This document shows positions 53,775 to 64,000 of a DNA stretch of 64,000 nucleotides, piece after piece (positions within the stretch are counted from its first letter, which is position 1; every line of letters starts with the position of its first letter). The stretch covers positions 80,414,001 through 80,478,000 of the forward strand of contig OZ024746.1 of NCBI GenBank assembly GCA_964016885.1, in the 5' to 3' direction. The notes beneath the pieces are model-generated. The model was not told where the DNA came from. It worked only from the letters and a program-made list of their open reading frames with translations, and searched no databases. The position numbers and the translations under genes were made by a program. The stretch comes from Eledone cirrhosa. Its lineage: Eukaryota.

Positions 53775-54429
53775 CTCTATACTTTGAAATAAAAACTGAA
53801 GTTAAGCCTGGTTGATGCGGCGGCCTATTTATACATGTGTTCGAAGAATGCGTTGGCGGAAGAGAAGAAATGAGGATGAAGAGGAGACAGAGCAAAGGAG
53901 GATGAGGAGGGGAAAGTAGAAGAGAAGGGGGCGGATGAGGAAGTGGATGTAGATGAGGATGAGGAGAAGAATGTAATATTTTCACAAAATAGGGTCATAA
54001 AAAAATCACTTAAAAAATCAAGCGTTAAGCCGACCCCACCCTCCCCCACCCACGCACGCACACATATACAGTCAGGTGGTTTGAGGAAAGAAAATGTTAG
54101 ATGCGATTTTCACCTCTCATCGAAAGGTCAACCAACCGTCAACTGAGAGGAATGTGCACTCACGCGAAACTTTCCTAGCGATGTCAGCTTGACCTTTTTC
54201 ACGTAAAGGGAACAGGTGCAATCCTATTTTGTTCACTTTGATAGATATAAGTAAAATTACCAGTAGCACTAACATAGCGTGTTTCATAATAGAAGCATAT
54301 ATGAAAGTATATATCATACAGTGTATTTATGTTTAATAAATATATGTAGGGTCTCGCTATGGGTATTTTGATTTGTGGTCGTGTTACAGCAGCCTTTGAA
54401 ATTGTGGACAACCTATACTATTCTTATCT

Positions 54430-55260
54430 ATTGACTTAATGAAAAACCTATCTATATACGATCTAGATGACCCTAGATGGTTGGTCCAGGTCCACGTTGT
54501 CGCATTGGGGAATCTAGTCGGGATCTGTCAGACAGTTGGAACCGACCGATCAATTACATGAGGCCTTTGCACACCCCGTTCTTATCAGCTACGCCCACAC
54601 AACCCCAGTGTGCGTCTAAGATGCCATTCCAGTCCCTCGCTAACAGTAAAAGCGAGATGTTCCTAGACAAGCTTCCAGGCGCCTAAAGAAATCCGGTCGT
54701 TAGGCCTTGTCTAGGCGTAGACGGCCACCAGTCTAAAACCACCATCTTTGCTATTGCTCACGTCCAGGACCACAAAGTTACCATCCGGGTCCATGAAGAT
54801 CGTCCTTACCTCCAGATGCAGGCTTTTCTTAAACAGCACTGTCATTCCACCTCGCATTCCCGGCCGACTAAGAGATGCGAAGGTTGGATAGTCGTCGAAA
54901 ATGGAGGCTAGTGCGCGCGTGTGGAAAATCCTGGTCTCGCTGACGGCAGTCACATCCATATCTAGTGACCTGAGGTCGTTCAGCAAGTGACCTTGCTTCC
55001 AGGATGACCCCAGGCCACCAACATTTATGCAACCTACTCTTAAGATAGCCATATTGACTGGTTGGTCAAGAAAGAAAAGTTTTACTTACCCTCTGGGCAC
55101 AGGTGGAAGTCGGGTGGTTCCACCTCCATGTTTGGTGGGGTTTCTTTTCGGAAATCCTTTCAAAGCCTGTTCATTTCTTTTACATTAGGGATTCCCACGT
55201 CACATGGAAAACCCTAATGTTCTTGAATGCACCCAGCGACATTCGTGCCAACATCAGATA
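54430..55260 (-). mobile_element. Tx1/L1-like LINE: ORF2 AP-endonuclease N-terminus with a possible ORF1 remnant upstream
   Basis: MAILRVGCINVGGL..DVTAVSETR..RGGMTVLF..DPDGNFVVLDV..FRLVAVYA matches EEP/APE motifs I-IV, then a stop and decay. Confidence 0.85.
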
Positions 55261-55489
55261 TTTTCTGTATAGGAGTGCGTACTGTTACATGGAGCAGAGT
55301 CACCAAAGTGGAGAAGCTAGAGTGTGGGAGATATAATGAAACTTTGGAGCAAACCAAAGTTTTAGAGAATGGAGCGGGAAAATGAAATCTACAGCTCACA
55401 CCTACATGCAGGTTTAGCTGGCCTCCTATGAGGTTCAATTTCACAGGAAGTTTCTTGAGTGGTTTAATGATAGTAGGCTACCACGAAAA

Positions 55490-55610
55490 GTAATGAGAAA
55501 TGAAGTGTCTTGCTTAAGAACACAATGCTCGGCTCAGTCCAGGAATCGAACCCACGACTTTATGATCATAAGTTCAACACCTTTAATCACAAGGTCATGC
55601 GCCTTCACAA
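55490..55610 (-). mobile_element. CORE-like SINE head and core
   Basis: GAAATGAAGTGTCTTGCTTAAGAACACAA..GGAATCGAACCCACGAC..GCGCCTTCACA. Confidence 0.75.
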
Positions 55611-56544
55611 TGTAATGCAGTTCGAAAAAGAGCTCCATCGACACACTGTGATGAAATGAGAGATGAGATATGGTTAATTTTCATCTCTGTTATATCTACA
55701 AAAACAAAACATCAAATAAAACAATACAATTGATATATATTTGCTTATTTGATGAATAAATATAACGAAAATCACCGAGAAATATTGCTAGGCGATGATG
55801 AAAATCACCTTTCTTCATTTATCGTAGGAGATTGTAAGCATATGTTAAGCGAATAAAATTGTGTATTTGGAGTTTATGAAAGACTGGCACATCGATAATG
55901 AAATTAATTGAATTAAGGTTTGATGACAGAGAAAGCGTGTGTAAACCTGACCGTTGTGAACTCTTTAAAAGATTAATCACATCGTTTATAGACAAGCGCC
56001 AGAAATCTATCATCTTCCTCTCAGCTGTAATATACTTGTTCGACGAACACCAAAGGAGCGAGACGAAATATGAAGATGGTTATTGTCGAGGACTGATGTT
56101 TGGATACATAAACCAACACCAACACCACCTACGGGCAAAAGCGTAAGTAGGATGTGAATGGGGGTGGATAATGTATCTAATTGTGAAAAATCGATGGCAA
56201 CTGTTCAGAGACCGCCTTACGGCTAAATGTGCAATCCTATTAATGTGACATGAAGAACGAAAAAGTCACGCCGCCGTCAGATTTCTATGTCATCAATTAG
56301 AATTTCTCATTTATTACAAAAGTTAAACATCAAATTCTTCAGTTCCTTCTACAAAGTATTATAAGAATTAAAGTTCACTGTTTATAGATACAATCAGTTC
56401 TTTAAAGTTCCTGAAGTAATTTATCAAAACATCCGTGTATGTTTTATTTATGTATGAGTTTCTCAGTTTAATAAGCATCTATGTGTGCTACTTTACCCGA
56501 TTTCTCTTAATAATGATATTTTACATTGACATACTTGTGAATAC

Positions 56545-56800
56545 TTGAGGCTTAGTGGTTAGGGGTGTTCGGCTTACGATTGCAGTATTATGATTTCGAT
56601 TCCCAGTGGTGTGTTGTGTCCTTGAGCAAGATATTTTATTTCATATGAGTTGTCCTTGTATTTTAAAGAGTCCTCCTTGTTACACACCGTGTCACACTGA
56701 ATTTCCTTGTTTGTGTCTGTGGAATGTTCATCCATTTCACACGTTAATTTCACTAGTAGGCTGGAATACTCGTCGTTAGAAGCGACGGAAATCCAACTCA
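56545..56800 (+). mobile_element. CORE-like SINE
   Basis: GGCTTAGTGGTTAGG..TTCGATTCC..TGTGTCCTTGAGCAAGATATTTTAT followed by the family tail. Confidence 0.8.
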
Positions 56801-56919
56801 ACAATTGTTAGATGAAGTATGAAGTACATAAAGGAAAAAAAGAAGAACAACCAAACAAGAATCAATTGAAACAAAGAATCAAGGATTGCCAATGAAGGAG
56901 GATGCTACCTGATTACTCA

Positions 56920-57660
56920 TCCTGCTAGAAATAGCAGCCAGCTTAAGATACAAAGTGGGTGTTTGCTGGATCTGCTAAAAATAACAGCCAAATCTCTTTC
57001 AAATCCCACCAAGCCAACTTGAAATACTAAAGAAGGTCGCAACATAGTTGCATGACCTTATAGAAATAGCAGCAAAACATCCCACTGATCACACCAAGCC
57101 AAATTAGAATACTAAATACAGAGGTCGTGACATAGTAACTAGACTTTATAAAAATAACAGCCAAATCTCCCTCAAATCACTCTTCACCAACATAAAATAC
57201 TAAATAAGGACATCACCAGCGGGATGTTAGACTTACTAGAAATAGCAACCAAATCTCCGTCGAATCACACTAAGCCAGCTTAGAATACCAAAGGAGATCA
57301 CCAGCTAGTTGCTAGACCTTATAAAATTAGCAGCCAAATCTCTTTCAAATCACACTAAAGCAACTTAAAAATTGCTCGACCTTGTAGAAATAACATATCT
57401 CCCTCGAGACACAGACAGCTATTTTTAAATATCAAGGAGAAAATTACATTTATATGCGGAGGTTCGATCTGCGAGAAATAGCAACCATATTGTCCTCAAA
57501 TCACACTCCACCTTTCTATAAATACCAAAGAGAAGAACACTACGTGGTCGCTCAGCCTACTAGAAGCAGCAACCATATCTTACTCAAATCACATCTAAAA
57601 ACCTGAAAATATCAAAGAACGTGGTCGCTAAACTTTATAGAACTAATAGCTAAATCTCCT
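56920..57660 (+). repeat. Diverged tandem array (~11 units of ~60-70 bp) of the family B motif
   Basis: Repeated (CT)AGAAATAGCAGCCAAATCTC..TCAAATCACAC..AATAC(T/C)AAA units. Confidence 0.85.
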
Positions 57661-57746
57661 TATCAATCCATCCATCTATCTATCTATCCATCCATCCATC
57701 CATCCATCCATCCATCTATCTATCTATCTATCTATCTATCTGTCTA

Positions 57747-57785
<39 letters not shown>

Positions 57786-57912
57786 TTCTATATTCTTCTT
57801 CTTCTTCTTCTTCTTCTTCTTCTTCTTCTTCTTCTTCTTCTTCTTCTTCTTCTTCTTCTTCTTCTTCTTCTTCTTCTTCTTCTTCTTCTTCTTCTTCTTC
57901 TTCTTCTTCTTC
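57660..57912. repeat. Compound (TCCA)(TCTA)(TCTG)(TTC)n microsatellite
   Basis: Direct reading. Confidence 0.95.
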
Positions 57913-57914
57913 AC

Positions 57915-58345
57915 CCACTTATATCTGGGAGTGTCGTGGGGTCAGTGTCCTCAAACGTTCCTTCCAGCGAGTCCAGTCAGAAGCACCGTCTCCAACTGAT
58001 CGGGTTGGATTCCCAGCCACGTTCATGGATGTTATCCAACCATCTTGCTCAGGGTCTACCCTTGGGTCTCCTGTCAGTTTGTTGTTTTGCCCATAAAATT
58101 TGTCCAGCTCTTCTTTCGTGAGACATTCTAACAACATACCCATAACATCAGAGCTGTGATCTCTCAATTCAGATAAGTAACGGCTCTACCTGGAGTAACT
58201 CTCTCATCTCCGAGCTCCGCATCACTCGTGAACACAGCCCCGAGATACTTGACCTTCTCCACCTGCTTCAGTGGAACTCCGTTCACATTTAGAGTTCACT
58301 GCGCAGGCTTCCTTGAGAGGACAAGTGTCTCAGTTTTCGCAGTTC
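57915..58345 (-). mobile_element. RTE-clade LINE 3' fragment (same family as 5996-6461)
   Basis: KTETLVLSRKPAQ*TLNVNGVPLKQVEKVKYLGAVFTS and ASDWTRWKERLRTLTPRHSQI*. Confidence 0.9.
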
Positions 58346-58356
58346 GCTCTCTCTCC

Positions 58357-58465
<109 letters not shown>

Positions 58466-58541
58466 GCTAGATTGATAGATAGATCGATAGATAGATAGAT
58501 GCAAGAACACACACACATACAAACACACATATATATATGTG

Positions 58542-58577
<36 letters not shown>

Positions 58578-58689
58578 TGTATGTGTATAAGCCAGTATGG
58601 AAGCGTCTGTACATATACGTAAGTAAATGATAAAATAAATATTAAGAATTAAAGAAGAAAACTCATAACTGCATATGGACATAATTTGT

Positions 58690-58723
<34 letters not shown>

Positions 58724-59233
58724 CATGCATACACACACATCCACGTACACGCGCATGCACGCACACATACACACACCTTTCACTCCACCTCCACTGAACG
58801 ATAACAACAACAAAAACAGCATCTCTCGAAAAGAAGACAAAATTATTTCATTTCATAGCAAACAATTCATTCATGAAATTTCGTGAATCAAAGTGAAAGA
58901 CAAACTATCTTTTAGCAATCGGAGTAGAAATATTTCTACACTTACAGGGTTCAAAGAGCTTTATATAAATAATAATAGGAAGAGAATGGATGAGAAAAAG
59001 GTATGGAAGGGAAATTCGTCGCTTTAACAAACAATTATTGTGATTTCCAATGTGTGGCTATTGGAAAATTTCTCGTTGATTCGCGATTAAAATCTTGAAA
59101 ATCGTTTAAGATTGGGTGTTCTTTAAGTGATATTGTTTCATTGTTGGGTGGTGTTGTTTATGGTAAGTTTTATTCCAATGTTCAACGTAGATTCTGTTTG
59201 TGATTGACATCTCTGTGTTGTATGGTGGTAATG

Positions 59234-59305
<72 letters not shown>

Positions 59306-59580
59306 GGGCTGGACTGGTTGAGTTTGTGTACATGTGTGTACATATATGCTTGTTATTCGGTAAAACAATGCTTTTCTAACCGCAGGTACATTTGAAAATG
59401 TGTGAATGCACACTAACGCACAGACACACACATAAACACATACACACACATACACACATGAACCTGCACACATACCTACATGAACTTACACACACACAGA
59501 TACACATATATACACTCACATTCACACTTACACACACATACACATTCGTACATACACTCACATTCACACGTAAACACACG

Positions 59581-59611
<31 letters not shown>

Positions 59612-59817
59612 GTATAATAGAGGTGTATATAAAGTCATAGACGATATGTTTATGTATCATAATGAATATTTTAATCTCTGATCATGTCACATCTTATCTT
59701 AGTAGCTGTATGAAAATGTCAGACACATATTTCTGAATTTTAATCCGTCGTGTGTGTGTGTGTGTGTATATATACATATATATATACATATATATATATA
59801 TGTATATATATGTATAT

Positions 59818-59914
<97 letters not shown>

Positions 59915-60199
59915 CATACACACACACACGGGCTAAATATGAAGTAGATATGACCACACGGGAGCGATATAAAGAATGTATGACCACACGTGCTGCTGCC
60001 GATAGAAGCGAGGACGGCCAATATGTTGATTGAATGCAGGAGAGAGCGAGAGACGTTTGAATGCGTTGTTTGGACGTTTGAACGCGTACCACTCACTTTC
60101 TTTACTTTCTTTATCTCTGTTTTTGTCTCTCCTGCATTATATTTCCAAATTTTTGACAAACCGACAAACATACATATAAACAAATGAATATAGGTGCAA

Positions 60200-60325
60200 G
60201 TGTACGGTTAACCTATTCCTTAGTCTAAGGAACTAATATGCCAGGTTTGAACATGATTGGTCCACTGGTTTTTAAGTGTATAGGAGACAAACAGACAAAC
60301 GAACTAAGAAATATATATATAGAGA
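60200..60325 (-). mobile_element. Possible Helitron/Helentron-type non-autonomous terminus
   Basis: TGCCAGGTTTGAACATGATTGGTCCA..ACAAACAGACAAAC..ATATATATAGA resembles DINE-1/HINE-like ends. Pattern recognition only. Confidence 0.4.
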
Positions 60326-60875
60326 GAGATAGATATATACTATAAATCAGCGTGTGTGTTTCTATGTGTGCGTGTGTATGTGAGTGTATATGTGTGTACA
60401 AACAGTCTGGCTCTGGTCTGCATTACTAAATGTTTGACATCTTCCTTATACATTCAATGCTCTTTTCTTTCATTTCTTCTCCTTCTCCTCATCTTCCTCC
60501 TCCTCTTTCTTCTTCTTCTTCTTCTTCTTCTTCTTCTTCTTCTTCTTCTTCTTCTTCTTCTTCTTCTTCTTCTTCTTCTTCTTCTTCTTCTTCTTCTTCT
60601 TCTTCTTCTTCTTCTTCTTCTCACTATCTGCTCCACCACAACCTAATCTTAGACACTACCAGTTTATGATGAGTCACTTCAAGTTGACACAACGGAACTA
60701 GAATATTTTTGTATTTTCCTTGTAATTTTGTGCTTTAACATTTTTGTTTGTTTTATTCTTTTTTATTGATTTTTACTAATCTAATATCTAGTGTCACAAG
60801 AAAATTATCTTCCTTCGTAACACCTTACTTTCCGTGGCTTCTTATCTCAGGTTGCATCAATCTATCAACTATCTG

Positions 60876-61063
<188 letters not shown>

Positions 61064-61137
61064 GTTTGTCAGCTTGTCTGACTGTCTGTTAGTTTGTATC
61101 AGTTTGTCAGTTAATTTGTGTGTCCCTCCTCTCTCAC

Positions 61138-61169
<32 letters not shown>

Positions 61170-61440
61170 TGTATGTATGTATGTATGTATGTATGTATGT
61201 ATGTATGTTCGTACGTATGTATATACGTACGTATGTATGTATGTATGTATGTATGTATGTATGTATGTATGTATGTATGTTCGTACGTATGTATATACGT
61301 ACGTATGTATGTATGTATGTATGTATGTATGTATGTATGTATGTATGTATGTATGTATGTATGTATGTATGTATGTATGCATGTATGTATGTATGTATGT
61401 ATGTATGTACGTATGTTTGTAAGCATATATGTATGTATGT
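61138..61440. repeat. (TATG)n microsatellite with a duplicated interruption
   Basis: TTCGTACGTATGTATATACGTACG occurs twice. Confidence 0.95.
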
Positions 61441-61609
61441 GTTCTGTGTTCTCTCCCCCCTCACTCTTATTCCTTTTACCCCTACTTTCTCCTTGTTTCT
61501 CTCACTATCATTCTATCATCTGCCTTGTATCTCTCAGATTTGGTAGATCGCAGAACCACTTTTCCTAAGCCCTGCCACCCTACTGCATTCTTTTGACAAA
61601 AGTCTAAAT

Positions 61610-61700
61610 CAGTCATGGGCAAATGGCGGCCTGTTTGGCTTTCTGAATGATACGCCTAATTTCAAAGTTTCCTTGAATGTTTAGTAGTGTGGCCTGCTTT
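61610..61700. mobile_element. hAT (Charlie-like) terminus related to the 53484 MITE
   Basis: GTCTAAAT|CAGTCATGGGCAAATGGCGGCCTG..GCTTTCTGAATG. No partner TIR was found. Confidence 0.65.
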
Positions 61701-61908
61701 GTGATGAGCCACATCCTTTGCGGCTCATTTCTCCAAAAAGATTGTCCATGCCTGGTCTGAATGTAAAATTTTTTCAGCGTTAATCTGTTACACATTTTAC
61801 ATGCTAAATCTGTTGTCAATAAATTTCTAGTCATAATTTTCTAGTCATATTTCTGTTTTAGTCGAAAGAGACCCGTATCGTCTCACATGGATCTTACCAA
61901 CAGGGCGA

Positions 61909-62382
61909 TTCTCCAATTTATTTATCTGTTGCGCAAACTGGCATTACAAGAGCAATACCACGTTCCTGCACGAAATTGTACGCCAGCAAGGTAGCTGATG
62001 AGATTAGGATGCAGCCATCTGTTCGTTTCTCCAATCTTATAATCTGTTGCGCAAACTGGCATTACAAGAACAATGCCACGTTCCTGCACGAAATTGTACG
62101 CCAGCAAGGTAGCTGATGAGATTAGGATGCAGCCATCTGTTCGTTTCTCCAATCTTATAATCTGTTGCGCAAACTGGCATTACAAGAACAATGCCACGTT
62201 CCTGCACGAAATTGTACGCCAGCAAGGTAGCTGATGAGATTAGGATGCAGCCATCTGTTCGTTTCTCCAATCTTATAATCTGTTGCGCAAACTGGCATCA
62301 CAAGAGCAATGTCACGTTACTGCACGAAATTGTACGCCAGCGAGGTAGCTGATGAGATTAAGATGCAGTCATCTGTTTGTTT
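61909..62382. repeat. Tandem repeat, 4 x 118 bp
   Basis: Units start at 61909, 62027, 62145 and 62263. The inner copies look identical and the outer ones are slightly diverged. Confidence 0.95.
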
Positions 62383-62419
62383 TATGTTACTGTATGCATT
62401 TTCTGCTGATATATATATA

Positions 62420-62546
<127 letters not shown>

Positions 62547-62789
62547 GTGAGAGAGGAGTGAACAGGTGTAAACGCATAAGTATAAACAATAGGAAGAAAA
62601 GAAAATACTCAATACTGAAAGTATTGGAAGCGGAAACTTGTTCATAAATAGTTACTCCGGCTTTCTAGATACCGAACTTCAGACAACTATGAAAAATGGA
62701 ACATGAAATCAGACATTCACACACACACAGACACACTCACACACACACACGCACACACATACACACGTAAACACACACACACACGCACA

Positions 62790-63055
62790 CACACACATGT
62801 ATAGGAAGAGAGAGAGAGATTTATATATATTTATATATATACACACACACATATATATATACATACATATATATATATGTGTGTGTGTGTGTGTGTAGAA
62901 AGAGAGAGTTTAATACACACACTCACGCACACACATGTATAGGAAGAGAGAGAGAGAGATTTATATATATTTATATATATATATACACACACATATATAT
63001 ATACATACATATATGTGTGTGTGTGTAGAAAGAGAGAGTTTTATACACACACACA
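62790..63055. repeat. Tandem duplication (~140 bp) of a compound microsatellite unit
   Basis: CATGTATAGGAAGAGAGAG..GTAGAAAGAGAGAGTTT occurs twice. Confidence 0.85.
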
Positions 63056-63076
63056 CACATATATATATATATTTAC

Positions 63077-63108
<32 letters not shown>

Positions 63109-63113
63109 TATAT

Positions 63114-63181
<68 letters not shown>

Positions 63182-63331
63182 TATTATACTTTGGGAGGGT
63201 CATGTTGCCAATAAGAAACACACGCACCAGTTGCTTTCACTTCAATTTATTATAATAAATTTATAAATTTAGGAATTTATAAATTTCCGGTTGGTTGGTT
63301 GGTTCCACAACCAGATGATTGTTTATATATT

Positions 63332-63374
63332 GTCAAAGTTCTTTCGTCACACATTCTGTGACCTCTTCAGTGAC
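63332..63374 (-). ncRNA. Minimal type I hammerhead ribozyme candidate (putative PLE terminal repeat; related decayed copy at 39218-39345)
   Basis: Minus strand: GTCA-CTGAAGA-g-GTCACA gaatg TGTGAC-GAAA-GAAC-TT-TGAC. The CUGANGA and GAAA boxes are intact, with a 4-bp stem I and a 6-bp stem II. Confidence 0.6.
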
Positions 63375-63642
63375 TGGGGATTCTTTTCTTTGTTTTTGTG
63401 CCTCTCCTTTGTTCTATCCTACGCCATCTTGTTTTTGTGTGTGTTGTGTGCTTAGTTTGCGCATGTGTTACATCCGGGTGTCTGTATGTGTTTATATTTG
63501 TTTATTTATTTGTATATTTACATGTTACTGGTTGGTTGTTTCTTCCATGTGCGTGTGTGTTTTCATTTTGTCCTTGATTGTAAGTTGTGATGTTGCTGTT
63601 CCATTCAGATAAAGAATCTTGCTAAACAAATTCAGAAACGAA

Positions 63643-63960
<318 letters not shown>

Positions 63961-64000
63961 GTATGTAATTGCATGTTTAAATATTTATTTAACTATATAA

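Noticed and set aside
61909-62382. 118-bp repeat as a CRISPR array or coding repeat
   Set aside because: Whole units are repeated without unique spacers, and 118 is not a multiple of 3.

Overview
Repeat-saturated, AT-rich eukaryotic non-coding DNA; the repeat families and microsatellite load look like an octopus or other coleoid cephalopod genome (inference). I found no host exon, rRNA, true tRNA gene or CRISPR array, and nearly all listed ORFs are microsatellite read-throughs. Supported content: decayed non-LTR retrotransposon fragments (Penelope-like RT, RTE, CRE-like, Tx1/L1-like); two near-identical copies of a ~610-bp non-autonomous RTE derivative in opposite orientations; many copies of a ~190-bp tRNA-headed SINE, several with TSDs; a CORE-like SINE; a complete hAT MITE with an 8-bp TSD; and large cryptic trinucleotide arrays. 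The most interesting structures are: (i) fold-back palindromes beside (TA)n tracts whose arms share copy-specific variants, one carrying a 40-bp CRE-derived insert in its spacer; (ii) several minimal type I hammerhead-ribozyme-like motifs of the Penelope-associated kind; (iii) a possible ~10-kb inversion splitting a CRE element; (iv) an inverted SINE dimer. All coordinates were read by eye and no searches or folding programs were run.
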